A DNA stretch of 64,000 bases from Lama glama (Eukaryota): assembly GCA_028534125.1 (NCBI GenBank), contig CM052816.1, positions 29,328,001 through 29,392,000 on the forward strand. The letters are read 5' to 3'. Under the pieces are notes generated by a model. It was not told the DNA's origin and ran no database searches. It saw only the letters and a list, made by a program, of their open reading frames with translations. The position numbers and the translations under genes are program-made. Below, piece after piece: positions 14,095 to 25,290 of this stretch; within the stretch, counting starts at the first letter, position 1, and each line of letters begins with the position of its first letter.

Positions 14095-14299
14095 CTTATC
14101 AGATGCCGTTTTTAGAGAAGGTTGAACTTAAGTTCCCTCTGGTGAACTTAAAACCATCTGACAGAGGGAAAGATGATTGACTTTTCAAAAGCAAAGGACT
14201 GACACCTCTACTCCTCTGGCGGTGATTCCAGCCCCCAGACAGCTTTTCTGCCACCTTTAAAAGACTTGACAGAGGCCTAGAGTCTATCCGCAGGGGAGT

Positions 14300-14960
14300 C
14301 TCAAATGACGTGCACAGACAAGCGTCGGGAAGAACTTTTACCTAGTTTTGCAACCCAACCTGGCCCGTCTTCTCACGCAAGAGCTGAAACCTGGAGAAGC
14401 TTCGAAAGCGGAGGCAAGCGGGATGCGCTAGGAGTTGCTGGCTCCCCTCTCAAGGCCGGTCAGCCTCACCTCTCCCTCAGCAGATTCGGCGCCCGGGGAA
14501 CGGTCGTTGTCCGTCCTGCCACCTCCCCACCAGTCGCTCGCTTCCCCAAGCCGCCCCGCCTCTGCTGCCCGCAGCCCTGCCGTTGGGCCCGCATCTACCG
14601 TTTTACCTCAGGCTGAAAAGGGAGGCTCCCTGCACGAGAGAGATACAGACGCCCGCCCCCCGCCGCCGCCTTCACCAGCTTACCTCCCCCCGCGCCGGTG
14701 ACCAGTACCACCCGCCCGTCGAACCTCAACGGCGAGGCCATAAGTCCAGCCTGTAGCGACACAAACACACACCGAGAACCACTGACGCTCAGACAGCCGG
14801 AATGGGAGCACTAGGGGAGTGCCCGGGGCGGGAAGGCAGTGGACTGCACGTTTCTGAGGAGGAGACGGACGCCTAGTTTTCCAAGTGCGCCTGCGCGGGG
14901 AATCCCTTGGACCTCTGGGAAATGTAGTCCAGTCTGCCTCCAGTCACGGCAAGAGCCTGC
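14300..14960 (-). promoter_or_regulatory. HSD17B4: HSD17B4 CpG-island promoter
   Basis: CpG/GC-rich block around exon 1. Contains a GC box GGGGCGGG (14825-14832), NRF1-like TGCGCCTGCGC (14886-14896), NF-kB-like GGGGAATCCC (14897-14906) and ZNF143/THAP11-type ACTACATTTCCCA on the minus strand (14916-14928). Confidence 0.85.
14684..14741 (-). CDS. HSD17B4: HSD17B4 coding part of exon 1, 58 nt
   Basis: ATG at 14741-14739. Encodes MASPLRFDGRVVLVTGAGG(G), followed by donor G|gtaagc, inside a CpG island. Confidence 0.97.
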
Positions 14961-15661
14961 CAAAGAGGCTTGGCCTTAAAGAGCCAGTTCTGCAACAGGG
15001 AAGTAATGGGAGCTGTTAGGACCTGTGTGGTAAAATGGCTGGCTCGGCTAACCTTGAATAGCCTTTCACTCAACGTTTTGTCATTCACTCAACAAGCCTT
15101 TCCTGGATTTAGGCGAGGATTCAGCCCCTATCCTTAAGCAGCTTTCAGAAATAACCCCAAAGAAGTAAAGAAACACTTACTGATGGGTGAAAAATTTCTC
15201 AGAATGTAATCCCTGGACCTCCTGGATGGGAATCATCTGGGAACCATGAAAATTGCAGAGTTTTCCCTAATGGAATTCGGCTGGTCTCCGGAATGGAACT
15301 GTTACAAATTGGTTGATTAGACCTGCGCGGTGGTCCTATCCGGTGCGGAGACCTCTTGTTTCGGCCAGGGAGGTTCTTTTTCTGCTAGAATTCGCACAGC
15401 CAATGATGAAACCAATGCTGAGACTGGAACTGCACAAGTTTTATTCAATTGGCAAGGTATGGAGAAGCAGGAACTTAGTTTGCAAATCAACTTCTCAACC
15501 CAGTCTGGGTGGAGACACCATGTATAGCAGAGCTGAGGTAAAAAGGAGGGAATTGGGAAAAGTGGGAGGAATACTTATAACTTATCTTAGAACAGAGGTG
15601 TGGTTTAGATCCAGAACTGATGCAACATTCTTTTTCGGTCCTTGTATGAGCTTTTCCGGTT

Positions 15662-15675
15662 GTTGTCATGGTAAC
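15662..15675. promoter_or_regulatory. RFX X-box motif
   Basis: GTTGTCATGGTAAC (reverse complement GTTACCATGACAAC), a near-consensus X-box about 0.9 kb upstream of the HSD17B4 ATG. Motif match only. Confidence 0.5.
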
Positions 15676-15994
15676 TGTCAACTGTTATGGCGGTGGTTGG
15701 TGTGTCATTTAGCATGCTAACATATTACAATGAGCATACAATGAGGCTAAAGGTACACTGGAAATCAAATCTTCCACCATCTTGAGGGTAGTTGGAACCT
15801 GTTCTTGTTTTTCTCTTTTCAGCTTTCTCCTAAAACTTAGGTAAGAGCAATTGGTTTCCAATGGAGGGAGGAATATGGGTATAATTCTGGGGCGACAGCC
15901 TTGGTAACAGAATGTCAGAGGACAGAAAAATGTCAACAGGTGTTCCTAAATGATTTTTGCTTTTGTGTATTGAGTGCAGTCAGATGGCATAAGG

Positions 15995-16640
15995 TATTCA
16001 TTTAACATTTATTAAGAACCTATGGGTAATAAGTGCAAGTTCACAGATGAACAATAAGGTCCTCCTGAGTTATTCAAAGTCAGATGGTAAAACTTTACTA
16101 ACAGGGCAGCATGCTAAGACTTGTGCCAAAACAAACGGACCCTACCCCTGCTGGGGAGAAAACTTTCCAAAGGAGATGCTGCACAAAGCTCCTTAAGAAG
16201 TGAGCTCTGCAAATAGAGGACACTACAGGCAACAGAAGTACTAGCTACACTGGAGTGGGGGGAAGAGCATAAAAGTAAACCAAGTCGGATCATTTAGGTG
16301 TTTGAATTTTGTGCTTAAAATAGTTTAAGCAAGAGTACGCCAGAGAGATGTTTACATACAAAAAGACCATTGAGAATTGATTGGAGATGGGCAGGGGGAA
16401 CAGTAGAAACCTACTGGGAAAAATTATGGAGACCAGAAGTAACACAGAGGAAATGTCGAACAGTGGGTAGGTAGTTCAGAGATACTTTTGGAAACAGTCA
16501 ATAGATCTTTTTGATTAACTGGACATGAACGTGAGAGAATGACTTAAATAACCCCCATATTTCTGGCTTGAGAATCTAGATTATGGTGGGCCATTCATCA
16601 AAATAAGGAATCCTGGGAGATGAACTTTTGGAGGCAACAT
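15995..16640 (-). mobile_element. L2 fragment
   Basis: attcatttaacatttatt start and a purine-rich reversed L2 body (atttctggcttgagaatct...gccattcatcaaaataaggaa). Confidence 0.55.
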
Positions 16641-16984
16641 GCTCATCATCATGGTGGGACTTCAATGTGGGGCAAACTGCCTACAGGAAGCGAAGTGAAG
16701 CTATGGCTACAGATGCCCAGCAAACAGCTACGGTACCAGAGTTCTAAGACTTTGATTTCAGCTCTCAGGAAGAGCAAGAGAAGTCTCTCTAGAACTCAAG
16801 CCTAAATCCTCAAAAAGCAGCCCTATCACTGAAAGCTCGCCCCTACACCAGCCCCTTTGCTCTCTTCGCCATTTGTCCATATCTTCCTTTTGGACGTCAG
16901 ACCCCTTAATTCTGGTGATCACTAAAACTCAGAAAGGCTAGCCTCGAGGGCACTCAAGGACAAGAAAGCCCCTGTAGTAACAGA

Positions 16985-17340
16985 GTTCGCTCCTAGCGCT
17001 GTGAGTCAGGATCCGGCCACGCCCGGGCGCCTCGCCTGGAGGTGGAGCTCTGCGCCCTGCAAGGCGCGCCGACCCAAGACGCTCTCCCAGCATCAAGCCA
17101 CTACCGAACTTCTTTGCTTACTAGGAACAAGGGAGGCCGGGCGGCCCAGTCCGCCGGCATCCGGATTGTAGACTCAGATCAAGATGTAAAAGTGAGCGTT
17201 GAGCATCGCCATCACGGGTGAGGCGGTGCGACAACTCTGTAAACAGCGCTCACCATAGCCCTGCAGCTGCGGACAAGGACGTTGCTACGGCGGCGGAGCG
17301 GAGCCAAACTTCCTCGGGCTAAATGACGCGAGCAAGCCTA
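16985..17340. promoter_or_regulatory. Second CpG-rich island, candidate promoter or enhancer
   Basis: Dense CpGs, with AP-1 TGAGTCA (17002-17008), an RFX-like GTTGCTACGG (17281-17290), ETS ACTTCCT (17308-17314) and a CRE half-site TGACG (17324-17328). Confidence 0.55.
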
Positions 17341-17451
17341 GTGAGCTGGGTATCCATTCCTCTGCCCAGCTCCACTTGAACCGAGTACCCAGATCTTGAT
17401 GCGGGGTATCTTTAGCAATCTTGTAATCTTTCTTGTTTAATCCAATAACCC

Positions 17452-17902
17452 TGTGAAGGAAAAGCCCAGCTGGACTAACAAGTTAACTCACAAATCTAAG
17501 TTTGTAACAAGTGTCGGATTACTGATCTGAGTTCTGCTGGGCTAACTTGTAAATCTGAGTTAATTATTGTTGGTTTGCTGATTCCCTGTTCATGTTTTTT
17601 TTTGCTAGCCAGCTGGATTTTCAAAGAGACATATCTGGCCTTGAAATGTTGGTTTCCTGCCTCCCTGCCTCCCTGCCTCCCTGCCTCTACTTTTGTGATA
17701 ATGATGTTGCTAAAGCTGTTCCATGCCTATTGGCCAAATACCCCAAGCTTGTAATTAACCCTATAAAACCTCATGCACACGTCTTGGAGGTGCTCAGAGC
17801 TTCGGAGCAGAAGCCCCTCTGAGCCCGCCGGCGTAATAAATCTGAGTACTCCAACCCTCCGAGTGGTGCTTGTTTCTTGGCTGGCCTGTCATTTCCGTAA
17901 TA
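17452..17902 (+). mobile_element. Young solo ERV LTR (ERV1-like)
   Basis: Termini TGTGAAGGAAA...TTTCCGTAATA form an imperfect inverted repeat. 4-bp TSD ACCC (17448-17451 / 17903-17906), TATAAAA at 17762-17768, AATAAA at 17835-17840, CpGs retained. Confidence 0.8.
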
Positions 17903-19031
17903 ACCCCGATCTTCTGTTTAAAAAAAGCTAACAAAAAGAATAAAAGAGTAAAAAACGGCTGTGGCTGTGTACATTATTCCTACGTTCAGAAATGTAAGTG
18001 CAAAATCAACCCAACCGTAATCTACGATGAAGTGCAACAGAGCCAATGGAGATAGGTAAATGCAAGTGCCCAGGACAGTAAGTGCCCAAATAAATATATC
18101 TTGAATATGAACGAGAGGTGATTCCGACTTAGGAATCAGTCATGGAAGTAAAGTGAGGTGTATAATACACTACGAAAGAGTGTTGCTTTACTAGTGCGCC
18201 CTGTTCTCTGATGGTCTTATCTTCTCCTCAAGTCCTCATACTTGTGGAGGGAGGCAGAAGAGACTTAAATTTGCCAATTAAATGTAACCCCGTCTGTTTT
18301 GGGGGGAATGGGATCTTTCAGGATTTCTCCCTTCTCCCTCCTCTAGCCTAAAGGTCACATTAAGTTAGAGGAAAGGTTTGGCAGGGGTTGGGGTGCTCCT
18401 TAAAGCAATGCTGGCTTCTGTTTCTCCCCTAGGCTACTAATAAAGTCTATGGCAGATAAAACTTAAGGTTTATTTTTCTAGCATAACTGAGGGGTCCCAG
18501 TAGTTCTCAATCTGTCTGCACTTGGCCCCTACGCAGATCGGTCTAGCCTCTGAATCGCGTTCACATTGGGTGTGGACTCAGGTATTCCTAGAATCAACCA
18601 TGCATTATTTCTTACTCTCAGAATTGTTTTAGCAACTTCTATGTGAATCTAAAATTATTTCAATATAAAAAATTCAAATAAAATTTTAAAGCAAACAAAA
18701 CTGTATCTCTTCCATGCAAGCCAGGAGCCAAGAGAGACAGGAGTAGGACCTTTAGCCCCTTACTACACAAACCAACAAGGCCACTGACGTTGTGCTACAA
18801 TCACTTTATGATGATTCAGAGTGACTTGCATGGCCGTGTCTTCTCAGAGTCAAAATCTGTCTGGTGTTTCTACTGTTTTCACCCCTACAACCTCTTCAGG
18901 CCCAGGCCCCAAAAGGGGAAAAGGGGTGTTGGGTTCCTGAAGACCCCAGGCCAAGTGCACCCCCTATTATCTACCCTCCTAACCTTTCTCCCTTTCCCAG
19001 TGGGGATCTTTCCTGCTAGTCAGAAGTCCTC

Positions 19032-19196
19032 CTTTTAGATTAATATGTACACATTACTATATATAAAATAGATAAACAACAAGAACCTACTATATAGCAC
19101 ATGGAACTGTATTCAATTTCTTGTAATGTGCTGTAATGGAAAAGAATTTGAAAATATATATATATGTACGTAAAAAAAATTGCCCCCTCCAAAAAA
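19032..19196 (+). mobile_element. Cetartiodactyl-type L1 3' end with 10-bp TSD
   Basis: tatataaaatagataaacaacaagaacctactatatagcac. TSD AGAAGTCCTC at 19022-19031 and 19197-19206. Confidence 0.8.
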
Positions 19197-19334
19197 AGAA
19201 GTCCTCGTACATTTGTCCCTTTGCTCTGACTTTATAGATGTCTCTTTTCTAAGGGGTTCCTCTTATAAGGGAGACACTAAGCATTATGACTTAGTCCTAA
19301 TGCTGGGAAATCATGAAGGGATACTACAGTGAAA

Positions 19335-19764
19335 CAGTATTTTTCTCTCTTTTGCTGCTGAGTCTCTGAACCTACTTCCTATTGTTGGAGAATACCTCCA
19401 CGTATTTCCTGCCTCAGCTGAAAACACCAGATTCTCGCCTCCCTAGCCTCCCTGGCAGCCAGGCATAGCTCATCCTAAGCTCTGCCGATCAGATGCTTCC
19501 TCCCAAGGTTTTGAATTGGGATGGAGAGAATGACTAACTATACAAATCCATTCTGGTGACAGGTGGTAGTGGAGATGGCATCAGTTCCAGTGGGGGTGGG
19601 CAAGATTCAATGGCCGTGGTGTCAGAGGTCGAGTGGCAAGGTCTAGTAGCGGTCTGTGAGGATAATGGTGTCTTCGTTAAACCACCTGCGGCATGACTAG
19701 AGCATGTTTCCTGGCTGCAAAGCCCCTGATCTCACTGGCTGGCCCTCCCGGAGGTTCTGTCAGC
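19335..19764 (+). mobile_element. Old ERVL LTR (LTR33/LTR16-like), 3'-truncated
   Basis: gctgaaaacaccagattctcgcctccctagcctccctggcagccagg...ccctcccggaggttctgtcagct resembles this family. The usual poly(A)/U5 end is missing. Confidence 0.55.
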
Positions 19765-22700
19765 TGTCACTGAGCTGCGGCTGGTTTGAGACTGCAGCTG
19801 TGCCGGCTGATTTAGCACTTGTAGACGACAGTAGCCAAGTTTAATACAAAAATAGATTCATTTGGGAAAATACACAGGCTTTCCAGGAACCCATACTGCA
19901 TAATTCAGGATCAAGTCTTGGATGGAGATAGAAAACTTTTTCCTGGGGTCACAAGAAGCCCTCTAGGGGACCCTGTACTGCAAAGGCAACTGTATTTGCA
20001 TGAACTTTAGACAAAACACTAGCACCAGGAACAAAGCACCTCAGACTTGGCTTCTTCTCATGCTCAGTTTAGCAGGTAGAAATCTAATGGATTTTTTGGC
20101 GAATTTTTTCCTCTTTTAGCTTGTTTCTTAGCCTTGGATAGATGACCCAATTTGGACCTGATGCAGCAAGAAAATATCTGCAGGAAAGAAATTTTTTTAA
20201 ATGCATCTTTGGGAGTAGGAAAGTTTTATGTCTGTGAACCTCTGAAGCACTGTCTTGGTGGTGACAATAGCTACAACACAGCTGGAGAAAGTCTTGGGTC
20301 TCTGGACAAAGCACATGGACGCACAACTAACCTCTTTACAGAAGATTTTTTTCAGTTGAGTTTCGGTTCACAGATTCTGGCCAATTGACACAGTATGACT
20401 GGTAAACTGAAAGGCTCAAACAAGAAGCTTTTCTCTTCCTCCATCCCCCAGGTAATCCTAAATCAGTTGGCTGGCAATTGCAATATAGATCTTGACTGTG
20501 CTGGAATCTGGAACACTATCTTTTGGTGGGAACAGTGGATCTACACACTTATTTACCACTTTTAACAGCTGAATATCTTAACTCTCTGAGAGATGTGGCC
20601 AAATGCAGCATAGAACCTCTGCTCTTTGCCTTATTGGATTGTTACATCCAATCTCAACATGTTCTCATGGTAAACAATTTGGTGATTTCCGCCTTAGGCC
20701 AAAATAGTGAGAAAATAGTGGCACCATGTCACCACAAGAGGGAGGACAGAGCCAAAAAAGCATCTCATTCAGTATTTTTAGGGCTAGGCTCTATCACTCC
20801 GGAGAAAACGGAACTTTTGCTGTTTTTATCTCCCCCATCCTCTTTCCTCTTATAATAATCCAGAGACTTTTTCTTGACCAAAGACAGAGCTTGAAAATCT
20901 CTCTGTAGAGAGGAAGACAATACATCTGGGAGCAGCTTACTTCTCCCGCTGCTGTTTCAGGCTGACTTTCCAGAGGAATGCTCCCCGAGATGATACTGAT
21001 TCACACAGAAGTGGGTTCCTGTCTCAGTGCTGAAGGCACCCTGCAGTGCCTGCCTCTGCTCTCTGATTTGCCACCAGAGCCCAACTATCTGGTCTATGAT
21101 AATACTTGCAATGTTCAATGATTCAGGCAGTTCTTGATTTAACTTATCATGGCACCAGAGCAACTAGGTAATACAGTAGCCAATGAGTAACTCTCAAAGG
21201 CCTACACTAAGCACTCAGTAAGCAGAGAAAGGTCAGATTCAGAGCCTAGGGAAAAACACCTTTCTTGGAATGCCGTAAACAGAAATCCTCAGTTATAATC
21301 CACAATCATTCCTGAGTCCTTTGCGCCTGGGGAAGTTCCACAACTCTGAGCCCCATAAATGGTAGCACATTATACCCAATTAACCATGCAGGGTGTTTGG
21401 GGATTTATTTTTTTTTTTTCATTGTTAGCCCAGCCTGGGTTAAAAAATGATGAATAGTGCTGAGTAAGATAGTTTTCCCTCAGCAGAGTTAGTCAGATGC
21501 TGCCGGCAGAATGTCAGGCAAAAACTACAGGGAGGAGTAAATACAATGGGAGATAACTTATGGCTGTGACAAAAGAAATATGATTCCTTGAATCCTGACT
21601 GATGCTTACTAAGACACACAGATTCAACCAAACAGGTTTCCAAACTATGATTTTTTTTTATTTTGAAAATAAATTACCAAATGACTGTCCCAAGAGTTCA
21701 TTCTTTCACTAGATTTCTTTTATTTTTTTAACTGAAGTATGGTTAATTTGCAGTGGTGTGTTAGTTTCAGGTGTACAGCAAAGTGATTCAGTTAGACACA
21801 TAGACATATATATATTCTTTTTTTAGATTCTTTTCCATTATAGGTTATTATAGGATATTGAATATAGTTCCCTGTGCTATAGAGCAGATCCTTTTGTTTA
21901 TCACTAGATTTCTATGATAACTCTTATCCAGAGTTCAAAGTGTAGTACTGAATGGAAATGTAAACTCTTTTAAACACTGACTCAGAGGCAAAGCTTAATC
22001 AAGTCATGGTGGTCAGAGAAAAGATGGGAGCTGGAAAAAACGATACCCAAGATGCCTTAAAGACCGAAGATGACTCCAAACGACTGAAGAAAGAACAATG
22101 GCTAAATCTTTTGGCCTGAAAATATTCAGCTGGATAAAGGAATGCAAAGACAGCCAAGGCCCTGTACAACGCGATCTCGAAAGCTTGAGGGGAGCTTACT
22201 GCAACTTGGGAGACGCATCACATCTTGAATCTTGGAATCTTCCAACAGATTTCAGATCCAGAACGTCTCATGATGCAATTCCCAAAACTCCTCTCCCTAA
22301 CAGTCTTCTGCTAGTAACACTGGTCCCTCTTCTGCAACGCTCATTTATTATGGAGAAATACATGCCTCCAATTCACTGCAAACTTGTATTCCTGCCATTA
22401 TATCTGTGTTCCTTCCCAGGTTTAGATCTGCTCAGATCAGTTTTACAGCTGGGCCCCCAAAGCTCAGGAATTTCTGAGATCAGGCCAGACACAGGCAGAG
22501 AAGTCTCGATGTCAAGTTCTATCTCAGAAGCTTCAGCAAAGGAGCCTAGAGTCCCAGGGACTTGTCATTATCCATCTCTGCAGTCAGGGGAACATGAAGC
22601 TTTGATTGGTCAGACTTGAGTCACTTGCAGTGTTTAGAGCTGGGGGTGAAAACAGCTCTACCTACATTGAGAGCAGGAGAAGAGTAGGTTCCCAATTAAT

Positions 22701-22950
22701 GTCAGAAGCTATTCAAAATAGAGTAAATGAATTCTGGGCAGCCACGAAGCAACACATGTCCACCTCCACCACGTTTCGGCCCTTACCTCTCCCTAGTCTC
22801 CTACCCCAGGCCCATTTGGCTTCCAGGGAACCTTGATGTCTGAATCTAGTGCAAATAGCCCCTTTGGCGTTGTGCAGTGTGATGGTCCTCACCATCCGCA
22901 ACCACACGCTGCTCACTGCTGTGTGATGAGGGTCATTAGTATCCACTTGC
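19765..22950 (+). pseudogene. Candidate decayed processed pseudogene, parent gene not identified
   Basis: Starts abruptly inside an LTR with CpG-bearing, UTR-like sequence. Carries a run of + strand ORF fragments (78, 110, 60, 173 and 76 aa), has no recognisable MIR/L2, and is interrupted only by a young L1. No poly(A) tail or TSD was found. Confidence 0.4.
21719..21900 (-). mobile_element. Cetartiodactyl-type L1 3' end with perfect 13-bp TSD
   Basis: T-rich tail followed by the reversed L1 3'UTR. TSD TCACTAGATTTCT at 21706-21718 and 21901-21913. Confidence 0.85.
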
Positions 22951-23689
22951 TCAGTATTGTTTCAGTCTCTACTTGTATCTTTTGTTAATTCCTGTCATCA
23001 TCAAGTCACCCCTCATGCATGCGCACACACACACATCACGGGGAGACAAGCCAAGGCAATGACAACATCTGACAGCAACAGTAAATACCTCAGATAAGTC
23101 ATCCTGGTGATAGGATCAAGGATGGTCAGGGTGATGGAAGATGTTCATTACCACTGTCTTAAATTCGTCTTAGAACGAGGCATGTCATCTATTCAAAATT
23201 CACATAAAATAAATCATTTGTTTCAAATAAACATCTCCATTTTCCTCTTTCAGCATTGTTTTAAAAAATTAATAAAAAGAGTAGATACTTCTTACCCACA
23301 TCTGGCTCCCGTATTAACCACATGTAATTAAAATTAATTATTAAGTGGTTCATTAGGAAAGAATGATTGTCCTTTCACAATGAGACATCATCTCCAAACT
23401 TTCAGAGCAGAAAGCAGATGTAATGAGACTACAACACTTCTTCCCAGGAAAGACATCCTGACATTCTTTTTCCTCAAAGAGATTCAGTTCTGCCCCCACA
23501 ATTTGCCACTGGAAAATCCCACTATCAGCCTTTTGGGTGATCCTGAGGGTTCTGACTCTTGGGAACTAGGTCTCCTGATGCTCTCGGATCTATGGTGAAC
23601 AAATGTGGGCTCGGAAACTGGAGGGTGAGGACGCCCATCCTGCTGGAGTGCACAGTGCATGGGCGTGGGGGCAGTTTGTGTGGTGGAGA

Positions 23690-23900
23690 AAATGTGGGCT
23701 CTGGAGTCAGGCAGCCTGAGCTAGCATCCCAGCTCCACCACTTACCAGCTGTGTACCTCTCAACAGTCCTTTCTTTCTCAGCCTGAGTTTTCTCACCTGT
23801 AAAATGGTGATAAGACTTTCTACCCTCTAGAGTTGTCATGGAGACAGGATGGTCAACAGAGAGAGTTTAGCGTAGTGCCAGGCACGTAGTACTAGATAAA
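23690..23900 (+). mobile_element. MIR
   Basis: ggctctggagtcaggcag...cacttaccagctgtg...ttttctcacctgtaaaatgg core. Confidence 0.8.
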
Positions 23901-24309
23901 AATTGGTTTGGATTAGGCTTTTTGATTATTTTGTGTTGTGGTTTTTTTAAGTGGGCAGGAGGTAAAGCTTGGTCTGAACTTTCATTTCCATCAGGAGAAG
24001 GACAGTCACTGACAACTTCTAGCAGTCTTAAACTGAGCAAGGAGAACACCATGGAATATCTTGGCCCTTCACTAAATATAAGAAAACAATCAGCACTTAA
24101 GATTTCCCTTTACCTACCAACTTGGAAGAGCTAGCAAACAAATCTTGATCAGCCTAAGGAAGATTTAAGCACCTAGTATCCTCTTTCTGGAGAGTATGGA
24201 CTTCTAGTTTACATTATTTTGACTCTTAGTTCTGGCTCAAAGATAAAATATGTTTCATCACACAATCCAAAAAAGAAAAGTTCAGAGCATTATTAATAGT
24301 GAAGGCTTC

Positions 24310-24450
24310 TACTTATTAAGGATGTACTAGACATCCTGATCTGAGTGCTTTCTGTGCTTTAAGGATTATTTGAGATAGGCATTCTAGATGTGCCCATTTT
24401 ATAGATGAGGAAACTGAGGCTCAAAGAAATGAAATCACTTTCCCAAGCTT
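24310..24450 (-). mobile_element. MIR
   Basis: cccattttatagatgaggaaactgaggctca, the reversed MIR core. Confidence 0.75.
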
Positions 24451-24749
24451 CAACTACAAAGCTTATTTTCTTAACCAGAGGACACCTTGAAGCCTTCCAA
24501 GATACTTTAAAGTATCACAGATGCTTAGAAATAATCAATTTTAATTTGAATCAAAACTTTCTCATAATACTTCAGGAAAGACTTTTAATTCTAAGTTCTA
24601 GCTCATTGGTCCCCATTGACTATTCAAGTGCCCACTAGTCTGTTTCTAGGCAAAGTTTCCTGGCACTGAGGTCTCTAGAGTCCCTCTCCCTTCTCTAAAA
24701 CAGCTAGAAATTTCCATAGGGAATGCAAAACAAACCTAGCAATCATCTT

Positions 24750-25290
24750 GTATCAATCAGAACTTGTTCAGTTATAGGAAAGAAACTTGACTCAAACTGG
24801 CTGAAGCAAAAAAAAAGTCAAATGTATTGGCTCTTGAAACTGGTGAAGCTAGAAGTGCTGCTTCAGATGACCCAACATCAGGACTCACTTTTCCTCCAAC
24901 TCTTGACTCTGCTTCTCAGGTCCGTTTCTTTCTCAGTCTGACTCTCTCCTCATGGAAACACATTGTCTACCAGAAGTTTCAGACTCACAGCCTCATAGTT
25001 CCAAGTCCAGTGGGAAGAGAGAATGGTTCTTTGCCTGTATCTCAAGCAAAAGTCCTAGGAGGATTTACAGTTGAGCCCCACGGCACAGCTGCATTACATG
25101 TTCATCGCTGACACAAAGCGGATGCCATGCTCTGACTGGCCAGACCCAGGTCATGTGCCCAACTGTCAGCAGAGGTGACATCAGTACCTGGATAGAAAGC
25201 TGGGGACAGGTGGTGCTCCTGTTCCACAGAGAAAGCAGGATGTTGTTAACAACAGAAGGAAAATGAATGCTGAGCCACAAAATGTAAATG
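24750..25290 (-). mobile_element. MLT1-type MaLR LTR (old subfamily)
   Basis: tgtatcaatcagaact...actcaaactggctgaagcaaaa...tctgactggccagacccaggtcatgtgccca, the reversed MLT1 pattern. Confidence 0.55.

Noticed and set aside
15313..15720. 135-aa ORF divergent from HSD17B4
   Set aside because: It has a non-ATG (TTG) start, no recognisable homology and no splice support.
20152..22250. Short resemblances to NFE2L2/CNC-bZIP motifs (TAGESL, TPEKTEL, FNDSGS, LKIFSWIKE)
   Set aside because: The motifs are not colinear with NRF2 and no RRRGKNKVAAQNCRKRK basic region is present, so these are probably chance matches.
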